DNA from: an uncultured Chloroflexia bacterium
Lineage (GTDB): Bacteria > Chloroflexota > Dehalococcoidia > UBA2979
Assembly (NCBI GenBank): GCA_963728205.1
Contig: CAVSIV010000006.1
Span: 1,600,001-1,664,000 of the forward strand
DNA: 64,000 bases
Reading direction: 5' to 3'
The stretch's first letter is position 1. Each line of letters starts with the position of its first letter. Both the position numbers and the translations under genes were made by a program. Below are positions 51,844 to 60,609 of this stretch, piece after piece. The notes under the pieces were generated by a model. It had not been told where the DNA came from. It did no database searches and saw only the letters and a program-made list of their open reading frames with translations.

Positions 51844-52586
51844 CGTTCGCCTCCTTCGGCGCCGCCGGCGCGCCAGCCGTCCACCAGTCTGAGCAGCTCG
51901 GGCAGCCGCGCGATCGTCGCGTCGGGCACGACGTCGTACGGCGGCACCTCGTCGTTCGGGCGCAGCACCGCGCGCAGGCCGGAGCGGCGCGCGCCGAAGA
52001 TGTCGTCGAAGGGGCGATCGCCGACGAACACGGCGCGCGCGGGGTCGTCGACGCCCACCGCCGCCAGCGCCGAGCGGAACGCCTCGGGGTGCGGCTTCAT
52101 GTGCGTCATCTCGCTCGTGTAGAGGCGCGCGTCGATCAGCTCCGCGAGGCCGTCGCGCTCGAGGAAGCGCTCGTGGAAGGTGCGCGGCCAGTGCGTGTTC
52201 GAGAGCAGCCCGATGCGCAGGCCGCGGTCGCGCAGCGCGCGGATCGTCGCGGCGGCCTCGGGGTCGTGCGTGACGTGCGGCGTCCAGGCGTCGAGGTAGC
52301 GCACGCCGGCCTCCTCGAGCACCGCCTCGCCGACGTCGACGCCGAGCGCGGCCTGCGCCTCCGCGAGCAGATCGGCGAGCGACCCGGCGCGCGCGTCCTC
52401 GGCGGCCGTGCGGTCCCAGAAGGCGCGCTCGACGTCCATCAGCCGCGCGGTGAGGGCGTTCTCGTCCTCCGGCAGGTGCTGGGCCAGGTGACGCGCCGCG
52501 AGCCGCCACATGTCCTCCATCTCGATCGACGCGAACGTCGTGAGCGTGCCGCCCCAGTCGAAGATCACGGCGTCGATGTCGCTCAC
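51840..52586 (-). CDS. HAD family hydrolase
   Basis: FDWGGTL, LSN, KPHP and VGDRPFDDI.GA motifs. Confidence 0.9.
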   Translation of the reverse strand: MSDIDAVIFDWGGTLTTFASIEMEDMWRLAARHLAQHLPEDENALTARLMDVERAFWDRTAAEDARAGSLADLLAEAQAALGVDVGEAVLEEAGVRYLDAWTPHVTHDPEAAATIRALRDRGLRIGLLSNTHWPRTFHERFLERDGLAELIDARLYTSEMTHMKPHPEAFRSALAAVGVDDPARAVFVGDRPFDDIFGARRSGLRAVLRPNDEVPPYDVVPDATIARLPELLRLVDGWRAGGAEGGER

Positions 52587-53896
52587 GCCAGCGGCCCTCG
52601 CGGCCGCGCGGCCGCCGCTCCCGCGGCCGGGCCGCCGACGACCGGCTCGATCGCGACGCGCTTGATGCGGCGTTCGTCGACGTCGAGCACCGTGAACCGG
52701 AAGCCGAGGTGCTCGACCGACTCGCCCACGGCCGGGAAGCGGTGCGTGAACGACAGCACCAGGCCGGCGACGGTGTTCGCCTCGACCTCGGTGAGGTCGG
52801 TGTTCAGCTCGTGCGAGAGGTCGACGAGCAGGCGCGTGCCGTCGACCTCGATGCGGCCGCCCGCGAGCGGGTGCTCGGCCGTCGGCTCCTCGCCGCTCTC
52901 GCTGCGCAGGTCGCCGACGACCTCTTCGATGATGTCCTCGAGGGTGACGAGGCCGGAGGTCGTGCCGAACTCGTCGACGAGCATCACCATGTACGATCCG
53001 TGCGCGCGCATCAGCTCGAGGACGTGCGCGATCGACGAGTGCTCCGATTCGAAGGTTGCCGGCCGCATCACGGTGCGCACGGCGCGCCGGTCCTCGCCGC
53101 GCAGGTGCGCGGCGCTGACGTCGCTGACGTGCACGTAGCCGACGACGTCGTCGGGGCTGTCCTCGTAGACGGGCAGGCGGAGGAAGCCGGACGCGGCGAG
53201 CGCCTCGGCGGCCTGGTGGACGGTTTCGTTCGACTCGACGGCTTCGAACTCGGTGCGCGGCGTCATGATCTCCTGGACCTGCCGCTGCTCGAGCGTGAGT
53301 GCGCCGAGCAGCCGGCTCGATTCGAGCCGCTCGATCGCGCCCGTCTCGGCGCCGACGCGGATCGCGGTCCGCAGCTCGGCGATGCCGAGGACGCCCGGCT
53401 CCAGCACGGTCTCCTGCCCGAAGAGGCGCACGGTGGCCTGCGTGAGGAAGTCGAGCGCCCACACGGCCGGCCGGGTGAGGCGCGTCCACAGGGCCATCGG
53501 CACCGCCCACAGGCGGCTGACCGGGAACGCGTAGGAGAGCGCCAGCGTCTTCGGCCCGACCTCGCCGAAGACGACGAGCAGCAGCGTGACGCCGAGCGTG
53601 GCGATCAGCACGGCGACGCCGCTGGCCGGACCGAGGATCTCGCCGGCGACGACGGTACCGACCGCCGCCGCCGCCGTGTTCACGAGGTTGTTGCCGAGCA
53701 GGATCGCGGAGAGCAGCGAGTGCGGTCGGTCGAGCAGCCGCGAGACCCGCGCCGCGCCCGGGGCGCCCTCCCGCACGAGGTGCTCGAGCCGCACGCGCTG
53801 GAGCGAAAGGAACGCCGTCTCCGACGACGAGAAGAAGGCGGAGAGGAACAGCAGGCCGAGCAGGATGATCAGATAGGGGACCACGGTGGCGCTCAC
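52583..53896 (-). CDS. Hemolysin/CNNM family (DUF21 + CBS + CorC)
   Basis: SAFFSSSETA, LLGNN, FGE..PK, MTPR and VDEFG...G.VT.EDI.EE.VG motifs. Confidence 0.93.
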   Translation of the reverse strand: MSATVVPYLIILLGLLFLSAFFSSSETAFLSLQRVRLEHLVREGAPGAARVSRLLDRPHSLLSAILLGNNLVNTAAAAVGTVVAGEILGPASGVAVLIATLGVTLLLVVFGEVGPKTLALSYAFPVSRLWAVPMALWTRLTRPAVWALDFLTQATVRLFGQETVLEPGVLGIAELRTAIRVGAETGAIERLESSRLLGALTLEQRQVQEIMTPRTEFEAVESNETVHQAAEALAASGFLRLPVYEDSPDDVVGYVHVSDVSAAHLRGEDRRAVRTVMRPATFESEHSSIAHVLELMRAHGSYMVMLVDEFGTTSGLVTLEDIIEEVVGDLRSESGEEPTAEHPLAGGRIEVDGTRLLVDLSHELNTDLTEVEANTVAGLVLSFTHRFPAVGESVEHLGFRFTVLDVDERRIKRVAIEPVVGGPAAGAAAARPRGPLA

Positions 53897-53946
53897 TCCC
53901 GTTCGCCCGCGTAGGGTAGGGGAGGCGCGGTCCGCGCGGTGCCCGT

Positions 53947-54477
53947 CTACGGGTGGTGGTGCTGCTTCGCCGCCTCGATCGACCGCATGATCAGATTCTC
54001 GGCCGCGCCGCGGTCCTGCCAGCCGAACGTCTCGACGCTCTTCCCCTCCAGGTCCTTGTAGACCCGGAAGAAGTGCTCGATCTCGCGCAGCAGGTGGTGA
54101 CCAACGTGCGGCAGCTCCGTGACCTGGTTGAAGCGCGGGTCGACCACCGGCACCGCGAGCACCTTCTCGTCCTCGCCGGCCTCGTCGCGCATGCGCAGCA
54201 TGCCGACGGGCCGCGCCTCGACCAGGGCGCCCGTGAAGGTGGGCTCCGTCGTGAGCACGAGGATGTCGGCGGCGTCGCCGTCGTCGGCGAGCGTGCTGGG
54301 GATGAAGCCGTAGGCGGCGGGGTAGTGCACGGCGGAGTAGAGGACGCGGTCGAGCCGGAACACCTCGAGCTCGATGTCGTACTCGAACTTGTTCGAGCCG
54401 CCGCGCGGGATCTCGATGATCGCGTTGACGATGGCGGGTGGACGCGGGCCGGGGGGCAGGTCGTGCAGGTTGGACAC
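53947..54477 (-). CDS. ppa: Inorganic pyrophosphatase
   Basis: IEIP.G..NK.EYD, YP..YGFIP.TL.DDGD..D and HFF..YK.LE motifs. Confidence 0.95.
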   Translation of the reverse strand: MSNLHDLPPGPRPPAIVNAIIEIPRGGSNKFEYDIELEVFRLDRVLYSAVHYPAAYGFIPSTLADDGDAADILVLTTEPTFTGALVEARPVGMLRMRDEAGEDEKVLAVPVVDPRFNQVTELPHVGHHLLREIEHFFRVYKDLEGKSVETFGWQDRGAAENLIMRSIEAAKQHHHP

Positions 54478-54562
54478 CGGGGCGCCTCGTTTCGTGCGAT
54501 CGACGATAGGCACGGGACGGTTACGTGCGACTGCCGGGATACGATTCCGGCGGAGGGCGGTC

Positions 54563-54829
54563 ATGGCGGGGTCGCGATGGTTCCGAGCCCTGCGTCACTG
54601 GTTCGGTGCCGACGCGTCGGCGCCCGATCTCATCGTGCTCGCGACGACGCCCGGGGAGGCGCTCGTCGAGCTGTGGCGCAGCCGGCTCGCCGCGGAGCAC
54701 ATTCCCGCCGTGCTCCAGGCGCCCGGCGGTGCGGGCCTCTACGGGGGCGCCTACGTGCTGCTCGTGCGGCGGCGCGACGCGGCGCAGGCAGCAGCGGTCC
54801 TCGGCCTGGAGCCGCCCGACGCGGAGTGA
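54563..54829 (+). CDS. Putative PII-like signal-transducing protein (DUF2007-like)
   Basis: GGAGG RBS; ELWRSRL.AE.IP...LLV...D...A..VL pattern. Confidence 0.55.
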   Translation: MAGSRWFRALRHWFGADASAPDLIVLATTPGEALVELWRSRLAAEHIPAVLQAPGGAGLYGGAYVLLVRRRDAAQAAAVLGLEPPDAE

Positions 54830-54866
54830 CACGCGATTCTGCGGGGCGGAGACGGGAGCAGCGCGA

Positions 54867-55380
54867 CTAGTCGTGGAACGCCCGCTCGCCGGCGCGGATC
54901 GGGACGCGGAGCGTGTTCTCGGCCGGCGGGAGCGGGCACGACCAGGCGTCGTTGTAGGCGCAGTACGGGTTGTACGCGTAGTTGAAGTCGACGTGCAGCC
55001 GCCCCCCGGGAGCCGGCTCCGGCTCGAGGTAGCGCCCGGCGCCGTAGGACTCCATGCCCGAGGTGGCGTCGCGGAACGGGACGAAGAGCGCGCCCTGCTC
55101 GAGGTCGCGGTAGACGGTGAGCGCGGCCTCGGCGCCGTCCACGCGGAAACGCACGCGCGCCCAGCGCGCGTAGACGGCGGTGTCGCCCGTGCTGGTCTGC
55201 AGCTCGACGCGCTCCTGCGGGTCGAGGATCTCGGGCTCGAGATTCGAGCACGAGGTCGGGGTTCGGGTCGAAGTAGCGCAGTCCCGCGAAGGACGCGCGC
55301 TGGGTCGCGGTGAGGGGCGACTGCTGGTCGTGCGCGAAGAAGTCGTCCTTCGCGCGGCGGAAGTCGTCGAGTGCGCTCAT
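54867..55380 (-). CDS. DUF1684 family protein (+1 indel near 55243)
   Basis: R..KD..F....SPL, FVPFRD.TSG.ESYGAGRYL and DFN.AYNPYCAY...SCP.PP.EN motifs. Confidence 0.88.
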
Positions 55381-55404
55381 GGATCGAGGGTAGGGCGGCG
55401 CCGG

Positions 55405-56169
55405 CAAGCGGCGGCAGATACGCCGCCGACATCAGCGCGGCCGTCGGGCCGCGACACATCGGCGGCGTGTCTGCCGCCGCTTGCGAGGGGGCGTCACGGC
55501 GAGGGGAAGTACGCCGATACCAGCGCGGCCGTCGGGCCGCGACATATCGGCGTCGTGTCTGCCGCCGCTGGCGAGGGGCGTCACGGCGAGGGGGGGTACG
55601 CCGATACCAGCGCGGCCGTCGGGCCGCGACATATCGGCGGCGTGTCTGCCGCCGCTTGCGAGGGGGCGTCACGGCGAGGGGAAGTACGCCGACATCAACG
55701 CGGCCGTCGGGCCGCGACATATCGGCGGCGTGTCTGCCGCCGCTTGCGAGGGGCGTCACGGCGAGGGGAGGTACGCCGATACCAGCGCGGCCGTCGGGCC
55801 GCGACACATCGGCGGCGTGTCTGCCGCCGCTTGCGAGGGGGCGTCACGGCGAGGGGAAGTATGCCGATACCAGCGCGGCCGTCGGGCCGCGACACATCGG
55901 CGGCGTGTCTGCCGCCGCTGGCGAGGGGCGTCACGGCGAGGGGAAGTACGCCGATACCAGCGCGGCCGTCGGGCCGCGACACATCGGCGGCGTGTCTGCC
56001 GCCGCTTGCGAGGGGCGTCACGGCGAGGGGAAGTACGCCGATACCAGCGCGGCCGTCGGGCCGCGGTCAGCCCGGCGATCGCGAAGAAGGTAAGGGGGTA
56101 CGCCGATACCAGCGCGGCCGTCGGGCCGCGACATATCGGCGGCGTGTCCGCCGCCGCTTGCGAGGGGCG
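55405..56169. repeat. Tandem array of REP family A units (87-88 bp, ~8.5 units; BIME-like)
   Basis: CCGTCGGGCC recurs at 55441, 55529, 55616, 55704, 55791, 55879, 55966, 56053 and 56118. The array starts with an intact doublet. Confidence 0.95.
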
Positions 56170-56177
56170 GTCCGCCC

Positions 56178-56954
56178 CTACGCCAGCACGGCCCGCACTG
56201 GGCGCGCGGCGCGGAGGGAGGCGACCACCACGCGCTCGACGCCCGCCGCGCGCAGCGCGGCGGCGAGGCGCGCGGCGCCGGGCGGGTCGAGGTCGGCCTT
56301 GTTCACGACCACCGCGAAGCGTCGCGCGCCGACGTCCTTGCGCCCGCCGCGCGGGTCGGCGAGCACGCGCGCGATCAGCGCGGCGTCGCAGCGCGCTGCG
56401 TCGCCGCCGGCGATCGCGCGCACGCGCTCGGGGCGGTGCACGTGATCGGCGTCGAGCGGCGCGTCCAGCGCGTCGAGCCCGACGACCGTGACGACGTGAG
56501 TGGCCGCCGGCGGGATGACGGGCTCGTGGTCGGCCGGCGCCTTGAACGGCAGCATCTTGCTGCCGTCCCCCTCGAGCGCGAGCAGCCCCAGCCCGGGCAG
56601 CGCCGCGATCCGCGCGACGGTCGCCGGCGATATCGGCCCGAGCCGCCCCTTCGCGCGGTCGCCGGCGGAGGCGACCACCAGCGGGTGCGCGGCCAGCGCG
56701 GCGCCGAGCGCCGCGGCGAGCGCGTCGTCGTCGGCGACGACCGTGTGCGGCATGCGCGCGGGCGGCGCCGGCGTGAAGCGCGTCGTGCCGGCGAGCACGG
56801 CGCGCCGGCCGGCGGCCGCGGCCTCCGCGCCGAGCCGGTACAGCAACGTCGTCTTGCCCCCACCGCCGACGATGGTCACAACGGGCACGGGCACGGCGTC
56901 GAGGTCGAGCGCCGCCCAGAGGGTGGCCGGCGGGGCGGGGGCGGTCGCGTCCAT
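56178..56954 (-). CDS. yqeC: Selenium-cofactor biosynthesis protein YqeC-like
   Basis: VGGGGKTT, TT, EGDGSK.LPFKAP..HEPVIP, HRPE and VNKAD motifs. Confidence 0.85.
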   Translation of the reverse strand: MDATAPAPPATLWAALDLDAVPVPVVTIVGGGGKTTLLYRLGAEAAAAGRRAVLAGTTRFTPAPPARMPHTVVADDDALAAALGAALAAHPLVVASAGDRAKGRLGPISPATVARIAALPGLGLLALEGDGSKMLPFKAPADHEPVIPPAATHVVTVVGLDALDAPLDADHVHRPERVRAIAGGDAARCDAALIARVLADPRGGRKDVGARRFAVVVNKADLDPPGAARLAAALRAAGVERVVVASLRAARPVRAVLA

Positions 56955-56990
56955 CACCCTATGATCGCCGCCGCAAGGAAGGGACACAAC

Positions 56991-57656
56991 GTGACGGCCG
57001 AGGCCTCGGGGGGCGGCGCGACGCCGGCGCTGGCGGGCATCGTGCTCGCCGGGGGGCGCTCGTCGCGGATGGGACGCGACAAGGCGTCGCTCGTGTTCGA
57101 CGGCACGCCGCTGCTGCAGCGCACCATCGATGCGCTGGCGGCGGTCGTCGACGAGATCGTCGTCGTGCGCGCGCCGGGCCAGGCGCTGCCCGAGGCGACG
57201 AGCGCGCGACCGCTGCGCGTCGTGGAGGACCCGGTCGCCGGCGAGGGGCCGCTGCAGGGGATCGCCACGGGACTCGGGGCCGCGACGGCGCCCGTCGCGC
57301 TGGTCGTCGGCGTCGACATGCCGTTCCTGCGGCCGGCGCTGTTGCGTCTGCTGGGCGAGCGGGTCACACCCGAGCACCGCTGGGTGCTGCCGATTGCGCA
57401 GCACCGCCCCCAGCCGCTGTGCTCGGCCTTCGCGCGCGACGCGCTGGCGGTCGTGCAGGCCCATCTCGACGCCGGAGACCGAGCGCCGATGGTCGTCGCG
57501 GCAGAGCTGGGCTTCGTGCGGCTGCAGGAGCAGGACTGGCGCGACGCCGATCCCGGCGGGTGGTCGTTCGTCGACGTCGACACGCCCGAGGACTTCGCGG
57601 AGGCGGAGCGGGCGCTGCGCGACGGCGACGTGCCGCGGGCAGGGGACCGCGACTAG
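56991..57656 (+). CDS. mobA: Molybdenum cofactor guanylyltransferase
   Basis: LAGGRSSRMGRDKA, GPLQGI, VDMPF, QPLC and VDTPED motifs. Confidence 0.9.
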   Translation: MTAEASGGGATPALAGIVLAGGRSSRMGRDKASLVFDGTPLLQRTIDALAAVVDEIVVVRAPGQALPEATSARPLRVVEDPVAGEGPLQGIATGLGAATAPVALVVGVDMPFLRPALLRLLGERVTPEHRWVLPIAQHRPQPLCSAFARDALAVVQAHLDAGDRAPMVVAAELGFVRLQEQDWRDADPGGWSFVDVDTPEDFAEAERALRDGDVPRAGDRD

Positions 57657-59848
57657 TCTCGGTCGGGATCCGCGGTCGCCGTCGGTGACGGGCTGGCGGT
57701 CGCTGACGGGGTTGCGGTTGCTGACGGGGTTGCAGACGGTGACGACGTCGCGCTCGCGGTCGCGGACGGCGTCGCCTCCGGGGATGCCGTGGCCGTGGTG
57801 GTGGCCGTGGCCGTGGTGGTGGCCGTGGCCGTCGGCGTCGGCGTTGCCGTGGGGCTCGCGGTCGACGTCGGCGTCAAGGTTGGCGTGACCGGCGGGCGAT
57901 AGCGGTAGAGCCCGAACGGCCATACCCAGGGCTGGAACGGGAAGTCGCCGCCGCGGCGGTCGTGGCCGTCGGCCGAGCCGCCGTCGTCCCCCGGACGCGG
58001 AGTCGCCCGCGATTGCGGGCTCTCCGGCGTCGCCGTGTCGCTCGCGCCGGGCGGGAGCGTGATGTGCAGGCGCTCTCGCAGCTGCCGGGCGATCGCGCTC
58101 GTGTCGGTCGATACGAACGTCTGCAGCGCGGTGCGCACGGCCGGGTCCGACATCAGCACGACCAGGAGCTGCGTCTGCGCGCCGTCGCTCAGCGGCGATT
58201 CGGAGCCGAAGACCTGCGTCAGCGTGGCGCGGACCTGGGGTGCGTTGCTGCTCTCGAGCGCGTCGCGGACCTGCCGGCGCGTCGCCTCGACGTCGGCCGC
58301 GGGCGTCCCGAGCAACGAGCCCAGCGGCGCGCCGGTCGCGCTCGCCCCCGGCGTCGACGTGGCGTCGCGGAAGCCGGAGCCGAAGCCGGATCCCAGACCG
58401 GAGCTCCCGCGATCGCCGCGGTCACTGTTGCCGCTCCGGTCATCGCCGCGGTCCGCGCCGCGCTGCGGCGTCGCCGTCGCCGTCGTTGTCGCACGCGCCT
58501 CGTGCTCATTCTCGCGCTGCGTCGCCGCCGCGCGCTGGCGCGCCACTGCCACCGCGTGCTCGGTGCGCTGTGAGTTGACGACGCGCTCGGCCACCGCGCT
58601 GCCGGCCGCCGTCGGCGCCTGGTTCAGCACCTCGAGCGCCGGCTTGCCGTCGACGACCGTGATGCGAAGCCCGACCTCGAGGTCGTTGCCGCTGCCGACG
58701 GGAATCGTCACGTCACCGTTCGCGGTGTGGATGACGATGTTCCCCTTGCCGTCGGCGAAGCGGCGAAGCAGCAGCGTGTAGGTGCCCGGGGTCGCGCGCA
58801 GGACGTCGATCGTCTGCGGACCGTCGCCCGGGTCGCTGGTCGTCACGCCGACGACCTGGCGGAAGGTCACGCCGTCCGGCCGGGCGCCGGTGGCCGCGCC
58901 GTCCGGCGCGATCAGCGAGGCGACGTACGGGGCGTCCACCGAGACCTGCGCCTCGGGGTGCACCGGCTCGGGCTGCGGCGACTGCGCCGGCATGTTCGCC
59001 GTCAGCTGCACGGCCTCGCCCTGCGCCACCTGCACGTGCTGCTCGCCGTGCTGCACCTGCACGAGCCCCTGCGCCGTCGTCACCGACGTCGCGCCGTTCT
59101 CGATGCTCGTCTCGAACACGGTGCCCACCGCCCGCGCGATCGCGTCGGGCGTGCGGACGATGTACGCGGCGCCGTCGCGGTGGTCGGGCACGACGTCGTT
59201 CCACAGCCGGCCGGTCCGCTGGTCGATCGTGATGTCGCGCGTGCCGTTGACGTGGACCTGCTGGAGGACGAGCTCGGTGCTCGGGTCGAGGGTCGTGGTG
59301 GAGCCGTCGGGGAACGTGATCATGGCGCGGCCGTCGGCCGCCGTGCGCACGTGAGCACCTTCGCGGAGCGCCGCACCGTCGGCGACCGTCTGCCACGTGC
59401 CGCCGTCGACCTGCTGCTGGACGCCTCCGGTGAAGACGGTGAGCGTGGAGGCCGAAGCCGTCGTCGCGCCGCGGCCGACGAGGAGCAACGCCGCGACCGC
59501 CACGATGGCGACGGCTGCCAGCGCGGGCCCGGCCACCGCCGCGAGGCGGGTGAGGCCGGCGCCGCCGGCGAAGATGCGTCCGACCGCGAGGCGCGGCCGC
59601 GGGAGGCGGTGCGGCGACTGCTGGGGGGTGCGCGCGATCTCCGCCATCAGCGCCGCGCGCAGCGCGGGCTCCGGCGGGCGCTCGGGGACGCGCGGCAGGT
59701 CCGCGACGGCGAACGCGGCGTCGAGCAGCGGGCGCAGCTCCGACGCGTACTCGGGGTAGTCCGCGAGGCAGTCGGCGACCGTGAGGTGGCCGGCGGTGAT
59801 GTCGTCGATGCAGCGGTCGATGACCTGGTCGAGGGACAGCTCGTTCAT
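57653..59848 (-). CDS. Putative anti-sigma factor: N-terminal helical domain, TM, FecR-like domain, long Thr/Pro/Ala tail
   Basis: IDRCI...T..DCL..YP..A.EL.PLL; TM; G..VRT..DG...I.F.DGS...L and TP.A....GT.F. ATGA overlap with the sigma gene. Confidence 0.75.
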   Translation of the reverse strand: MNELSLDQVIDRCIDDITAGHLTVADCLADYPEYASELRPLLDAAFAVADLPRVPERPPEPALRAALMAEIARTPQQSPHRLPRPRLAVGRIFAGGAGLTRLAAVAGPALAAVAIVAVAALLLVGRGATTASASTLTVFTGGVQQQVDGGTWQTVADGAALREGAHVRTAADGRAMITFPDGSTTTLDPSTELVLQQVHVNGTRDITIDQRTGRLWNDVVPDHRDGAAYIVRTPDAIARAVGTVFETSIENGATSVTTAQGLVQVQHGEQHVQVAQGEAVQLTANMPAQSPQPEPVHPEAQVSVDAPYVASLIAPDGAATGARPDGVTFRQVVGVTTSDPGDGPQTIDVLRATPGTYTLLLRRFADGKGNIVIHTANGDVTIPVGSGNDLEVGLRITVVDGKPALEVLNQAPTAAGSAVAERVVNSQRTEHAVAVARQRAAATQRENEHEARATTTATATPQRGADRGDDRSGNSDRGDRGSSGLGSGFGSGFRDATSTPGASATGAPLGSLLGTPAADVEATRRQVRDALESSNAPQVRATLTQVFGSESPLSDGAQTQLLVVLMSDPAVRTALQTFVSTDTSAIARQLRERLHITLPPGASDTATPESPQSRATPRPGDDGGSADGHDRRGGDFPFQPWVWPFGLYRYRPPVTPTLTPTSTASPTATPTPTATATTTATATTTATASPEATPSATASATSSPSATPSATATPSATASPSPTATADPDRD

Positions 59849-60438
59849 GACGGCAGCCCTCCCATCGCGTCGATCTCCCGGCGCAGCGCCTGCAGCGCGC
59901 GCATCTGGAGTCCGCGGACGGTCACTTCCTTGCGGCCCATGACGTCGCCGATCTCGCGCGCCGACTTCTCCATGAGGAAGCGCAGCACAAGCACCTGGCG
60001 ATGGTCTTCCGACAGCCGCTCGAGCGCCGCCTGCAGGTGCTGGTGCACCTCCTGCGTGAGGACGAGCGTCTCGGCCTCGGCGTCCTCGGGGAGCTCGATG
60101 TTCTCGAGATCCACGGAGGGGCGTCGCGCCCGGAAGTGATCGACCATCTGGTTGTGGGCCATGCGATACAACCATGCCCGGAAGGGCGCCCCGCGATGTT
60201 GATAGCGCGGGATGGCCTGCCAGGCCTTCAAGAACACCTGCTGGGCGAGGTCCTGCGCGACGTCCGCATCGCCGGTGCGATGCGAGAGGTAGCGCACGAT
60301 CTCAGGCTGGAAGCGGTCGTAGAGCCGGCCGAAGGCGGCGGCGTCGCCGTCTTTCGCTTGGTCGACGAGGGCCTGCACGACCTGCTCGTCATCGGCCTGC
60401 GCGGCCGGTGCGCTGCGACTTGCTTCCGAAGATGTCAA
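59845..60438 (-). CDS. ECF RNA polymerase sigma factor
   Basis: GD..AF..LY, AQDL.Q.VF..AW, F.AWLY..A.N and L.LRF....S..EI...MG motifs; TTG start assumed. Confidence 0.92.
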   Translation of the reverse strand: MTSSEASRSAPAAQADDEQVVQALVDQAKDGDAAAFGRLYDRFQPEIVRYLSHRTGDADVAQDLAQQVFLKAWQAIPRYQHRGAPFRAWLYRMAHNQMVDHFRARRPSVDLENIELPEDAEAETLVLTQEVHQHLQAALERLSEDHRQVLVLRFLMEKSAREIGDVMGRKEVTVRGLQMRALQALRREIDAMGGLPS

Positions 60439-60609
60439 CGGGCGAGCCCCGGGGTTCGTTCGGCGTGGTCCGTCCCACGATACGCGGGGCCTCCGAGAGC
60501 AGACAGGCGCTCGGCGGACACACACGAGGGGATGGCGGTGGGCGTCCAGCCTAGCGCGCTCGCGCACCTGGCGCGCCCGCGTCGCGGGGCCGCCGCATAG
60601 CATGGGGGC

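Noticed and set aside
55405-56169. Possible CRISPR array
   Set aside because: The inter-repeat segments are near-identical rather than unique spacers, the repeat is dispersed across the window, and there are no cas genes.
57690-57890. Tandem GTGGCC / TGACGGG repeats
   Set aside because: They encode the Thr/Ala/Pro-rich tail of the FecR-domain protein. The His-Gly reading in another frame is a shadow.
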